Shown: one piece after another, positions 38,929 through 52,321 of the stretch
How positions within the stretch are numbered: the stretch's first letter is position 1
Layout: each line of letters opens with the position of its first letter
Assembly (NCBI GenBank): GCA_002633005.1
Contig: NMRA01000369.1
Span: 271,885-335,884 of the forward strand
DNA from: Phoronis australis
Taxonomy: Eukaryota; Animalia; Phoronida
DNA: 64,000 nucleotides
Direction of reading: 5' to 3'
Notes under the pieces: model-generated
Told to the model about the DNA's origin: nothing
The model's input: only the letters and a program-made list of their open reading frames with translations
Databases searched by the model: none
Position numbers and translations under genes: made by a program

Positions 38929-41900
38929 TTGGAAAAGTCGAAGTGGAGATGTCTTCTTCAAGGATATCCCTACCAGTTCAGCGGTTGAAAAAGTGTGAAA
39001 GTTGTCAAGCTTGCTTAAAAGCGAAACACATGAAATTTATACACGGTACAGGCTAAATTCCAATTGGACACACGCGATCAGCATGTGGATTAAGTTACCT
39101 ACTAGGGTTAGAGAGATAAACAAAACCTACTTGAATTTTTCTGCCAACGAGATAATTGCTTTCAGCTGCACGAGTGACTGAGTAAAACTATTTCTATTCA
39201 TTATTGCAAACATAGTTCGTATATTTCTATAGTTCTCGAACACTTACTAAATGAAACTCACGTTGATAAAATTTTCCGTATGTGAACCTCCTTGTTTTCC
39301 TCAGATCCTGTGAATTTTTCAATATTAAATAAGTTGCTTTTACAGTTAGCCATCACCGTTACACCTCTTTATATTGATACGCACGTTGATGGCAATGGGC
39401 AAGTCGTGGAAACATGCGAGGTCCTATATTACAAGGCACTGTCACGGCCGAGACAAAATGTCACTGGGAACTAAGGGTGTTGGCAACACGCAATCAACTT
39501 TTACTTCATATAAACATGGTGTATGGATATGTGCAAAGAGAGTTCTTGTGTCAGAGGAGGTCATGCGAAACCGGGTCAAACGCAAATGATATAATATTGA
39601 CCTAACCTTAAATCCTTTCTCGAATTGTGTTTGTATTTCGTGGATATATTCAATTAGCTGAGATGTGGTACTGGTATATTGAGTTATTAGGTGTGTGATG
39701 TGGTCGTAAATATTGTTGAATGTTAATTTTCAAACATTTTAGAGCATGAAATCTATTTTAGAACAAGTGATTTTGTTCGAAATCGTTTTATTTGCGGGTA
39801 TCGTTGTACCAATATACTATTCTAATTCTAATTGAAGGAGTTTTTATTCCTGTTCGTAAAACTTTATTGACCGCGGGAGAAACGTTTCATGTATAATCAG
39901 TTCCGTGACTTATGTTTTCATCATTTTTCTAATACATGTCCGAGTCTAGGAAAAAACGCCTAAGCGGTGAAACATTGCATTTTTATTGTTATTACGAAAT
40001 AATTTGCCTTTTCCCTTAAGGAAGGTAATTTTCACTTGACAAATGTGCGCCTATTGACATGATAGCAAAATGTTGCTAAAATAAATGTCATCACTAAAAA
40101 CAGAATCTAACAACTTATGGGACAAGCACTGGGTCTTAGATACTGAATATCAGGCGGGGTTCGCAGAGCTTAAGAGGATCTCGACACCTCCGCTGGGGAC
40201 ATCATATCGAACGTTGGAAACTAAGTGGTAATGAGCATATCAAATGCCACTCGGTATGTAAAGTCTTATTTATAGGAGAGGCACTGTCAGTAATGCCAAG
40301 AGTGTTAATTATAATCCATGTATCCTCCATCTCTTAAAATTCTCCTCCGAGTAGTACTGTTCCTCTGTAGCCTTTTAAGGTAGGAATGAATAAATAGGCA
40401 TATTCTTAATATTAAAATAAGAAATCCAAAAAGTATGGTAAATAACCACAGACACAGAAGTGACGGCAGTGGTGATATTGGGGATTTGACTCCAGTTCTA
40501 TTCAAAGAAGTGTATCTGAATTAAAACCATAGGCCTAATTTTGCAACTAATTACTGGGACACAATACGGACGGGCCTAGATCTTAATTAGCCCAATGTGG
40601 TGAATTTGCTGTCAGCAAGTGTTAAAATCATTGTACCTACTTTATTTCTCTGAAGAATCGATTAAATTTATCACCTTACAGGTCCAAACTCTCCACGATC
40701 GAACTCAGAAAAATTGCTGAATGCCGTATTCAGCCACATTCAAAATTTTTATAAAACAATAATTGTGCCCTTTTATTTGAAAATACAATGTATCTGTAGG
40801 TGCTTTGCATCAAAGTTTATTTTCTTTTATTGGAGTAAAAGTGATAATCTTATAGGTATAAGTTACCAGTGCAGAAACTGTGTAGATCCGACGAAGTCAC
40901 AGGCTACATGTAATTTTTAAACCCCACCTGCTGTCTGGTGTCACGTAAAACAATTGAGCGTGCCGTTATCGAGCGGAATTGGTGGGTCTAAGTTGATGCA
41001 AAAACATCGTTTTGGGTAGCATACACCTTTCATGACGGTCGAACCAGTCTAATCTAATCAGCGTAGATTTCTTTTAAGATGGGTAATGAAAAGCTAAATT
41101 GGCGCCGATCAGGAATTTATGCCATAGAACCTTTCAGTTTATGCTCAAGTCTTTAGGGCGGACGGACGGATTTGAGAATGTGTAGTTTCCCTAATTAGTG
41201 TTTCTCAAATATTTATTGAATTACCAAACACACATACAAAACAAAGGGGAAGTTATATACGTGCGCGCTCGCGTGCACACACATGCACACGCGCACCTAC
41301 ACGCACGCACATATTCAAACATGGAAATGTGCTTGGCCAGTGTGGTTACCAGAGAAATTATGAAAAAAATTTTTCAGTGTTTGTTACATTGTCCCAAGAT
41401 AAAATTTCTCGGAAAGAATCAATTCTGACACATAAATTATGTCTCAGTAGCCAATAATTCAAACGCACAGGGTATTGCATTTCATTTTGCTTGCTGCATG
41501 CTTTATTTTTTTAATTAAAAATAGCCAATTTAAAACCTTATCACTTGTTTCATATATTTTCCCAATATTAAACCTTTGGTGACCACATGGTTTTCTAATT
41601 CTAGCAGAAACGTTTGATTTTTACATAGTCATAACAAATATATTCTGAGGCACCAGATTCAAGTTTACAACAGAAACACATGTCAGAGTATTTTAACTTT
41701 AGTCCTTACAACTATTAGTTACAAGAGTTCTACATATAGCCTAAAATTTTACATTGCAAACATATCAGGAAATGTCTTAGGCACATTAATATGAGATGTC
41801 TTGGCACATTAAAAGGTAGAGTAGAATACTTTCCATGTTATCAAAAGCAAACTTGAAATTAACTATTGGGCACAGCATCATACGGATTTCCACTTAACAA

Positions 41901-42118
41901 ATCGCAAATGGTTACACGGAATGACCCAAACTGTTTAATATATCACAAAGAATTAACGTCATCAGTGGACGGATCACCTTATTCAATGTATGTAATAGTA
42001 CAAAGTTAATATTAGACCGATTCAGTTTGCAGCAAAACTCTACTCATAGGACCAGGGCAAAAACCTTTCAATTTCGCAGTGCGAGTAAAATCTATTGATA
42101 CATTAGATCATGAATATG

Positions 42119-42562
42119 TAGTGTCCGGTTGCATGAAACAGTAACTGTCCCAAATATGAACTTAACCAAGTTCCCTAAATCTACCGCGTATTTGAGTCTT
42201 TGTTTACCTACCGACATAATTTTTTTCTGTCATTTCATCTCTGTTATGAGTTTCTCGTTGTCTCATGTCATTTTCTAATCACTGCAATATACATGTAACT
42301 AAAACCTTAGTGCTGAGTTTAATGAAAGTAAATAGGGACTTAGTCCTTAAATTCAGGGCGTTGCATGAAAAGTTCGATAATATTGAGATTTCGACGTAGA
42401 GTTCTCTCTCGATTTGTATTAAAGCCAAAAATTGACTTAGTAGTGAAACCACAACAGTATGAGAAATGACAATCAGCGTTTTCAAAAGTCCGCAAATACG
42501 AAATAGATTTAGGGAACTTACTTGAATTGCTATTTGGTATTGTTTCATGCAACCAGGCACAG
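42119..42562. mobile_element. TIR MITE, copy 1 of a two-copy family
   Basis: TIRs gtgtccggttgcatgaaaca...ccctaaatcta / tagatttagggaact...tgtttcatgcaaccaggcac; internal sequence similar to 48126-48564. Confidence 0.7.
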
Positions 42563-43074
42563 AAGCCCATTTTCAGCATAATACAGTACACACGAAATAC
42601 GTTATTCTCCCAACTGTTTTCTCATTGCTATACCGCACACTTGCGCACTACACATTTTTGTAGGCCTATATTTAGTTCTGCCAAAACTGCATCGCTTTTT
42701 GAAGATGCTTATCACTTCTTAAAAACAAGAGAAAATGAGACGCCCACGCCCGGACGCACCATTTTGCAAAACTTTTCCTTTTAAATCCTCACAAATGCAT
42801 TCATTCATGCCATTTTTAACGCAGTGACTTGTCAATTCTCATATACGGCCACTGCTTAAAAGCAGTTTCCATCATGGTCACATGCGCTTAAATGCATCTG
42901 GGAATGAGTTGTATCTCTTGTTGTAACTTAAGAATGATGTCTGAGAACGTTTAATCGAAACTGACAAACTTCAACTTGAAATTTATCTTACAAATCATGT
43001 GCAGACTTAGTAGTTCGATTCTCCTCTTTCTCAAGTGCCCTGTCGGTAGGCGTTGGCGACTATGGTTCTCCATC

Positions 43075-43149
43075 TGTCTCTCTCTCTCTCTCTCTCTCCC
43101 TCTCCCTCTCCCTCTCCCTCTCCCTCTCCCTCTCCCTCTCTCTCTCTCT
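43075..43149. repeat. (CT)n/(CTCCCT)n microsatellite abutting an N
   Basis: Direct reading of the sequence. Confidence 0.95.
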
Positions 43150-43560
43150 NCTTCAGAGTTCATTGTCCGTGTTTCACAGGCATAAAGTAGTCTTGGTTCT
43201 ATATAGCATTGGTATACTCTTTTCCGTAGGTTGGTGGGTATATGGTTGTTTGCGGAAAGGTGATTTATACTTTGGAAGGCTTATTTTGTTCGATTCTATC
43301 AGACGCAAAAAAGCGAAACTTCAAAAATGAAAACATAATGGCGAGAACTCTAATAAATCAGCCGCAATCGATCTCACACTCTGAAAATAAACATTGTTTT
43401 TCTTGATCATCAGCCAATGTAAGTCTGTAATAAAAATTTCAATTACCGAGTAAGTCATGATAGACTCGAACATTTGTCGGAAATTTCACGAAACAACGTG
43501 CTATTGTAGCCCCGTGATCCAGTCTACCGGCATCTCATTTCATGAAGTCACATTTCATGC

Positions 43561-46500
43561 CTATGCTGAATGTTTCAAAGCCGTGTTTTGTGGCGCAGTG
43601 AGGTGTAAGAAACAAACCTGACCATTTAACAGACCTATTACCAAATGTCCTGGTTGAAATTCGTGAATAGCCGCCACTGCGTGTTCAAAACAAGCATCCG
43701 CAACTTCAACAGGACGCTGAAAATCGCTGACGTCCCACAGTTTTACCACCTTGTTGTACGACCCTGTCATTACATAGCCGCATTCCATGGTGCACGCTGA
43801 TAGCATAGCTCGGGTGGAACCGGCGTCTAACGTACATAAAGTCTCACCGGTTGTGGTGTCCCAAAGTTTAGCTTTGCAATGGATTGTGTTTGAAACGATA
43901 CATGAAGAACGGACAATGCAACTGACTGGGCCAAAATGTTTTTGATAACTGAATCCTTTAGAAAGAATTTCTCCTGAATCGATATCTATTTCGACATAGG
44001 CTTCTCTTGCAAAGGCGCAAGCAATTGTGTTGTTAACTCTAAAGTACATTTGTATAAAGTGAAAGAACTCCTTCGTTGACAAAGTAGCCAGTAGGTCGCC
44101 AGTTTCTACTGAATGCACCTCAATGACGTGCTCAAATCCACCAACTGCATATCGCTTTTCTTGATCGTCTATAGTGAGGCAAAGCACTCCATATTGCAAC
44201 CCAGTGTTATCAACTCTGATGAGCGAACCCTTCATTACATCAAAAAGGCAAACAGTCTTGTCCAATGAGCAAGACAACAATTTTGAACCGTTCGCAATAA
44301 AAAATAATGTGGGTATTCTGTCGGTGTGCTTATTTAAAGACATCAAATTCGTCTTTGCACAAAGGTCCCATATCTCAATGTTTGCGTTTTCCTCATCTCC
44401 TCCAGAGGCTGCGCACAGACACTGCTTATCACTTTCAAACATATCGAGGCTATCAATGTCAGAAGAGAAAGATGTCAGAAGAACGCCTTTGGGTTTTGAT
44501 AAGAAAACATCAGTGTTGTCTTCATACAACCATATGTCTCCGCAAGCATGACCAGCAATACAACGTTGACGAGATGGTGACACTTAAATGGCAGTCACTT
44601 TAGAACGCGTCTGCAGTGATGTCAAGATCTCAGAAAAGGTTACTGGTTGTGTCTCTCTATAGACACAACCAATGTTCCCAGACAAAGAACCTGTCCAAAT
44701 GACCTCATCATTTTCTGCGTAAACAGCTGTGACAAGATCACCCACGGATTTGTGCGGGGTTTCTACACGAAATTCGATAACTTGAGCAACATTCGTCATT
44801 ATAACTTTGTTTACGTCCCCAACACTACTGATGAATCCAAATATATTTCTCCTGGGAACACAAGCCATACTGAACTGCTCCTTAGCATACGAGAATACTG
44901 GATCAATGGTGGTCGAGTCCGCCATTCCCCAATTTTGTCCCTCTGATAGTTTCCACGACAATACAGAACAATCAAACTCACCAATTAGCTCAGAATCAGA
45001 TACATTCAGCCCATGCACATTTGACTGTCGGTGACAAAAGAGTTTTTTAATCGCAGTATGCGTTGTCATATCGTGAACAACGATTACATTGTCATATGAT
45101 CCACTAAACAAGAATCGGCCATCGTTAGTGGTACACAATGCAGTTACTCCGTAAATGTGAGAGTCTTGGATAACGTGTTCTGGTTCACGGTGTATCGGAG
45201 ACAGCCGCCAGACGCATATGAGGTGATCATCGCCACCAGTAATGGCCATTATACTGTTAGGATCATCAATGTGACAAGAAATAGTGACACAATTAACCCT
45301 GTCTCTGTGATATTGCAGTGTTGACAAAAGCGACGTGTCGGTCCAACTCCAAACCTTCACCGTTGCGTCACTACTTGTCGAAACTATAAGGCGACCATCA
45401 TTACACGACGCTAGGTCAGTCACTTCCAGATTGTGACGATTCAGCTGAGGGTCACATGTGTCATCAGATAAGTCTGAGTTCCAAAGAATAGCCGCTCCAT
45501 CCTCGCCACCAGTGATTGCAAGCTTGTTGTCATCACTGACACACAGCGCCCATACAGCCTGCCCGTGTCCGTAAAATGTTCTCACTAACTCACCAGAATT
45601 GATGTTCCAAAGGCGAGCAGTTTTATCTTTACTTCCTGAGAGAATATATTGACTATCAGCAGTGATAAAGCATCGTAACACATCAAGGCAGTGACCAGAG
45701 CATTTGACAAGCAATTTGCCTTCTGCATCCCAAACCTTTATGAGAGAGTCAACTTTTCCACCAGTAACGATCTTTGATTTGTCTGGTGCCACGCGCACAG
45801 AAGATACAACTCCCTCATGGCCAGGCCAAGATAGTACTATTTTCTTACTCTCAACGTTCCAGATCTTGATAAATCCTCCATCTTCCCCAACGGAAACAAT
45901 TTTGTTCCCAAGAAGTGCAAGGTCTCTGACACCATTTGGATGAGCTGTGATAATCAAAAAGCATTGGGATGACTGAATATCCCAAACACGTATAGTCTCG
46001 TCTTCACTTCCTGATACAAATCTCTTTCCTCCGGGTTCAGTTGCCAAGCAGAACACAGAACTGGTATGCCCTTTGAAACGTCGAAATTCCAAAAGGGAAC
46101 CATCACGAATAGGCCACAGATGTATGTTGCGATCGAAAGAACCAGTAACAATGTAACCTTCACTTTCTTCCAGAGCCAAGGTGAACACAACACTTGTGTG
46201 CCTCTGGTCCTCGTTACCCATTATCTCAACATGGCCAGATTTCAAATGAAAGCAACGGAGCTGCTTGTCCGAAGAGCCCGTATAAAGTATTTGCCTGTCT
46301 CTTGAGAAGGCAGCACAAAAAACAGTGTACAAGTGACGGAAGGTCTGAATACGATAACCACCTGGAGGCGCGTGACACGGTGCATCAGGCATCAAAACAG
46401 GGCGTTTGTTTGTTGTAACAAACAACTGAATACTATCTAGAAATTGTTTGACAATGTCCGAGTCATGCCCTTTGAGGCGCCCTACTAATTGCTGACAGAG

Positions 46501-47999
46501 CTGGTTTTTAGATGACAGGATATGACTAGACAAGACAAGAGACTTCAGCAGCAGACGATCATCCTCAGTCTCGGCTATTCCGCCACCAAGGTTATGTTTA
46601 ATTTGACTTAAATACTTGAAGTCCAACAATAATGCAGCTATATCAGTTTCTGTTAGTTTTCGTTCCAACCATTCAATAGTCCATAGAAGTTTCTTGAATT
46701 CAGCATATCTACCCGTTTCAAACAAATGGTGAGCCAGATGGTGATAGAAGTAGTCGTCACTTTCAATGGTCCACCACTTCCGTGAACCATGAACATCTAC
46801 ACCTATGTCTTTGGCGTAACAGCAAAGAAACTTCTCGTGAGCTTCCTTCAAACCATCGTTTTCGTCTTTGCACAGCTTGTACTTAACAAAATCAATAAGG
46901 AGATCATGGAGGCTGTACTGTTCATTACCTTCAATCGAAACGGAACGAGTCAGAAACGACCGATCAGTAAGATCGCTTAGGTCTTCGTCCATTTGCCACC
47001 GATGTATTTCAGACGGATTGTCAATCTGACTTGTCCATAGTTTGAAAAGAACTCTCGCCGGGATATCAATGTCGTTTGGGAAAACAGCAAAATCAAGGAA
47101 TCGCTTCTGAACCAAGTTCCAAGAAGATGGATCATTCGGTGTTCGATTTCCCTGATTAAGTGCTTGAAAGGAAACTTCAAAAGCCTCGTAGATGTTTCTG
47201 TGGTTATACATATAGTCAGGAATATGCTTCTTGCCCTCCCAAAAGAATTTATTTACAGCGCCCAAACTCTCGAGGACGTGTTCCCAATCTTTTAACCTTG
47301 ATTTGTTTTTCAAGCTGCTTCCAATCAAGACAATTGCAAGAGGGAGACCTTGAAGAATATTCAGTATTTCGCTCATGACTTTCTGAACTTTTTCCACGAC
47401 ATCTTTCTGTAAATTGGCCGACCTGATAAGAAGAAGGCTTGCCATTTTTAAATCTAAAGGTTCGAGTTTGTGAATAGCAGCATCAAGGTCTGTTAGAACG
47501 CTTTGTGAGCGACTCGTCACAAGGATTTTACACTTTTGTGAAATGGACTTAAAGGGATACGCGTCATCTAACAACCAAACATCATCCAAGACCAACAAAA
47601 ACGGGTCACGGTTCTCTGAGTACCGTCTAAGCCAATCGGAAGCATGGTCTATGTCACTGAATTCTGTTGACTTACCCGTCAAATCCACGTGTACCTGCTG
47701 TATAAGCTGCACCACGTTCGATCGCTGGCCTACAGTTAACCAGATAACATCAATGTATGCTTTCATATGAGCACAGATTTTTTGAGCGAGAGTAGTCTTA
47801 CCCATTCCCCCAAAACCTTTTATACCCACAACGTCAGCTTCCTCCGAAAACACGTCTTCGTCATGGTTTCCACCGAAAATTCCAACAGTTTGTGTATCCC
47901 GCCGTTTAAGCATTTGAATAACCACTTGTTCATCCTTGCTTCGCTCAACGTAAAAACGTGGAACACCCTTTACGCGATGTGCTTCTGGAATGTACACAT
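43561..47999 (-). CDS. Apaf-1-like STAND NTPase: NB-ARC, helical domain and ~21 WD40 repeats in one terminal exon, interrupted by one in-frame TAA (44584-44586)
   Basis: Walker A GFGGMGKTT, Walker B FLLVLDDVW, sensor ILVTSR, GLPLAI, LHDL, HD2-like YFYHHLAHHL, then GH...WD repeats. ORFs 44584-47997 and 43561-44583 abut in the same frame and together align along the paralogue at 61125-64000. No ATG start; candidate phase-1 acceptor at 48000-48001. Confidence 0.88.
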
Positions 48000-48125
48000 C
48001 TTTGGTAGTGAATTAAAGCAATTTTGAATAAGTACTCTATCCGACAGAAAAAAATGATTTAGAACACTTACAACAGCTAATAAAATTGGTATTAACTTGT
48101 TCCTTACTCAGATAAAAATTGATTT

Positions 48126-48564
48126 CTGTGGCTGGTTGTATGAAACAGTCCCAAATAGAGAATCAACTAAGGTCCCTAAGTCTTTTTGCACATTTGTGTC
48201 TTTATGGACGCACATATGCAATATTTTTCTATCATTTCATCTTTATTATGAGCTCCTCTTTGATTAATGAATTTTTCTAATAATATAACTAAAAACTGAG
48301 CCCAGAGTTCATTGTAAATAAATAGGAACTCGGTCCGTAAATTGGGGGTGTTGCATGAAAAGATCCCTAATTATTTTCGAGAATATTAACAGTTTAACGT
48401 AGAGTTCACACTCGATTTGTATGAAAGTCAAAAGTTGACTTAGTAATGAAACTAAAACAATACAAGAAAGGGCAATTGATGATTTCACAAGTCCAAAAAT
48501 ACGCAGTAGATTTAGGGACCTTAGTTGAATCCCTATTTGGGACTGTTTCATGCAACAGGACATT
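48126..48564. mobile_element. TIR MITE, copy 2 of a two-copy family
   Basis: TIRs ggttgtatgaaacagtcccaaatag...aactaaggtccctaa / ttagggaccttagtt...ctatttgggactgtttcatgcaac; homologous to 42119-42562 in the same orientation. Confidence 0.7.
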
Positions 48565-49978
48565 GGGCTCTTGCAAAGAACTGACAGTCTCTTATTGCTC
48601 GAGGCTACATTCTTTGAACAAAATTGCCCTCCTTGGCAAGTCGACTTGTAGTGCCTGTTCTATAGCATAGAAAGAGGTGTTCAAGAGGGGGGGGGTTGTT
48701 GGTGACGAATGGTGCTGAAGTGAGTAGCAATCTCGGGAACAGAGGAAGTTGGGTGTTCCAAACGCAAAATTGAAATGATTTTTCCGGGAGGTGATGCTTG
48801 CACTGAATAGGGGGCCACGATCCCTTTATGCGCGGCGCCCACACCCTTCCTCCTCTGCGGCTACGCCAATGCCGTTCGTTCAGACAGTAATGAACTGCGA
48901 GTCTTTCAAATCCCAAAAATTTAACATTGACATTTTCACAGTGGCTCGAAGGGTATCAACCTAAAAGGCAGCCACTGTGTGGCAAGGTCGTCTCTTCGGC
49001 GGCTTAACTGGTAATCACGACGCGGAAATTGTCCATATTTAGTGAGCGTGATCAAAATTTTTCAAAAAAGAGACAGCTGAGAAAAGGAAGCAGAAGAAAT
49101 TAAACCCAGTTATCAAGTGCAGTGACGTCCGCTTAGCAGTGCTTTTGAAGCCCGATCCTTTTGCAAGATAACGTCAAGCTTTCTTTGTCCGCAAATAATA
49201 AGCAGACCGGATGTCAGTAAAATAAAACATAGTAGTGTTTGGTTAGGTGGCGCTTTACATTCCGAGGTATGCAATACAAAGAGGTTCGATGAATCTGATT
49301 TGCTTATTCTTGCAAACACGTACCGCGTACGGTCAGATGTACATTCGACGAATTTTGCCGGTAGTTCCTTCTTCTTTAGTGGACTTTTGTCTCGTTTTCT
49401 ACTTTTTTCGGAGTTTATGTTTCTCTGAGGCGGACCTTTTTGCCCACTTCGCCAAATGGGGGGGGTGTATTGACTTGATGATATCATATCTCCCACTTTC
49501 TTTGCGATATTTTCAAACGAAAGAATCTTGACTGTTCTTGAACTACCTAGCATTCAAATCAATGGCAAGTAGCAATGTAACCATTTCTGTTTTTGATACC
49601 TGGGCTTCGTTTCATCCATGATTATCTTACCCGTAAATTGTCGCTTAACCGAACTATTTTGAGGAGACGTACATGTCGTCGCGTTGGTCTATGGTATGTC
49701 GTTTGGCAGTAATGTGCTCACGGCGAGCTAACTCGGGGTCTAGTCCATAGATATAAAACCTTACATTAATGTTTATGGCATAGTCGGTCTCTCCAGCTGT
49801 TGACTAACTAAAGAGTCGATTGTACATTATCAGTCCTCCAGATAGCACTGTGTAAGAGTGTTAGTATGCCACAGTGCAACTCCCCTCTTCAATGTCAACA
49901 TAACGTTTCGGAACAACGCATTCGTGCCACATTTCATTCAGAGGAATTTTGTTCATAGAAATGTCAGTGAGCTAGATA

Positions 49979-52232
49979 TAGTCAGGTTTGTTGTGTAATT
50001 TTGTTGGAATTTTTTGGGGAAAATGGAAACTATACATTTTATAAACCTCATGGAATGATCAATCAGAAAATAATTGATTCCTTTTTGGCGGTTATCTTGG
50101 CGGCCATCTTGGATTTCCAAATATGGCGCCGGTAAAATGGATTTTGTCCAATATCTCCGATTTTGGGTCACTTAGAATGTTGTTTTTTATGGCTACATCT
50201 GCATTTCTCAGGTTAAGGAATTAGAAATTTTAATTTTATTGGCGGCCATCTTGGCGGCCATCTTGGATTTTTAAAAATGGCACCCATAAAAAATACATTT
50301 TCCTCAGTATCTTTGCTCTTGAGTCACTTAGAATGTTAATTTTAATGGCTGCACCAACATTTTTGTCACAAGAAATCTGAAAATACAACTTATTAAATGT
50401 GAAACATAATCAAAACCCCATGTATTAGCAGCCAAATTTTCTAAATGCATTCTTCCTGTAATCCAACACATATTACTTTCTATATTACTTTCTTGTATAT
50501 TTTGTTCGGAGCTTGTCTCCTTCAAGACATTTAAACTAAACCAGTATCCAACAGCTTATTTACGTTTGCAGAACATGAAAGTTTGTTTTTTGTAGCGCCA
50601 ATAGTCTTTCAAAACTTCGAAATCAGTCTATAGATCATTACTATCGCCATCATTGCCATTACTGTCATCAGGAATCACATCATCACCAGTCTGACATTCT
50701 GCACTACACTGACATACATGTAGATATGTGTAACGGTAAGTCCTTTGATCGGCAAGAGCATCTTTGGGAAGAGCAACGTTTTTGCTCTGGCGTCTAACCA
50801 TCTAAATGATAGCCCCTGACGTCGAAAGCTCATCAGTTGTGAGGGTTTTAGCAGGTCATCTTTGTCCTTGTAAATTCATTCTGCATTGGATCAAGGAACT
50901 CATGTCGAGCAATGGCTGCCTGGTCCCACACTCTGGCGTGAATAAACACCCTCAGTACATGCTGTTTCAAAGTACCAATGCTTGGTGGATGTTTGTCGCC
51001 GTCAACCATATGTTTACAGAAGAGGTACCATCTCAGCGCTGGGATGTTACTTGTGTCTATACCCTGTGGTGATTATGCACATGTAAAAGGGGCTAACGTG
51101 AAAAGAGGTGCACCTGTTACTTCATAACCAGTACAAAGAGTCTGTAGTGCATTGATATCATCAGTGTTTGCCTTCAAATATATATTCAAGCTACAGAATG
51201 GACCAGTGTTGTCGGTCCATGTAAAAGCATGGAAATCCGGAAGAGCCTTTGCCCGGACAGCACCTAATGTTGTCTATATAAGATCCCAGGTGCCATGGGG
51301 ACTGAAGTATTTCTGAGAACCCTGTCACAATAGGCAATGACGAGTACCAGTAAGTCTGTGTCAGGTGAAAAAAACATCAGCTGAGAATCAGGGACGTTTT
51401 GAGGTATTAGCAGTATATCTGCTTTTTCGTGATCGTTTTCTTTTACGCGTAGATCGGTTGCTCTTTGTGCATCCTAAAGCTGAAGTAATGGCTATCTTGG
51501 CAGAGTCTTTACTATATTCAAGTGTATTTGGAGACAGATATTCAGTAAGTTGAGCCTTTTTTGGTCATGAGAGAGGAAACGGCTCATTGGGATGTTCTGT
51601 ATGTAAGACTCATCTCTTATCTGGTACTGTAGTTGACCCTTTCTATGCCTCCTTTTTTCTCTTGTGGCTTGTTTCAAAAAGTTGTCTTTGTGGGTGTCAA
51701 AAATCAGAATGATATCGTCATAATCTCTAGTTAAGAACATCACTTCCATACTATCCACACGTGCAGTTTTGTGGCTTGGGTGAACACACTCGGTAGATGT
51801 CGTTTACATGTTTTCTGGATCTAAAACCTTTCTTGCAGCTTGAGGACTGTCCTGTTCTAAGTCGTCTGCCTCGCAAAGTTTCTGAAGAAGGTGGAATCGA
51901 TTCGACTTGTTTGTGCATGGCAGCATTGCCCAACTGGCAGCAAAGATTGCTCTGGTGTTAGTGTGAATTCATAGTGGGTGATAGCACTTCTGACCGAAGG
52001 CTCTGATCGTCATTGACTCCCATAAAATCTAACATTCTCAGTGACCCAAGGGTGGATACATTGGGCAAAATTTATTTTACTGGCGCCATTTTTGAAAATC
52101 CAAGATGGCCACCAAAAATGGAAACAATTATTTTCTGATTCGTCATTCCACGAGGTTTCCAAAAATGTTTAGTTTCCACTTTCCCCAAAAATTCCAACGA
52201 ATGTCAAAATTTGGGCATAGTGAACCTGACTA
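49979..52232 (-). mobile_element. Decayed, internally deleted Academ (AcademX-type) DNA transposon
   Basis: ~200-bp imperfect TIRs beginning TAGtcaggtt and ending aacctgaCTA; 3-bp TSD ATA (49976-49978 / 52233-52235). Broken minus-strand coding remnants HPPSIGTLKQHVLRVFIHARVWDQA and KRCSSQRCSCRSKDLP fit the XPG-adjacent region and C-terminal Cys-rich finger of AcademX proteins. Confidence 0.75.
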
Positions 52233-52321
52233 ATATGTAATGAAACAATTTCATGTTTTTTTAGTAATATGTCGTAACAAATGTCCACTGAAGCACTATA
52301 ATAACTACTGCTTTAGCAAAC

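Noticed and set aside
42951-43185. RG/RE-repeat and LP-repeat ORFs
   Set aside because: Translations of a CT-rich microsatellite next to an N.
43561-44583. Separate 340-aa WD40 gene
   Set aside because: It begins with GTG directly after the TAA, in the same frame as the upstream ORF, and the paralogue is continuous across this point.
38596-44586. Full reassignment of TAA/TAG to an amino acid, or selenocysteine insertion
   Set aside because: Only two internal TAA among several thousand codons, the paralogue shows a one-base AAA/TAA difference, and selenocysteine uses TGA. Kept only as a low-probability leaky-stop hypothesis.
49113-49553. 146-aa ORF as the N-terminal exon of the NB-ARC gene
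   Set aside because: No recognisable domain and no convincing in-phase donor; the CARD-like exon fits better.
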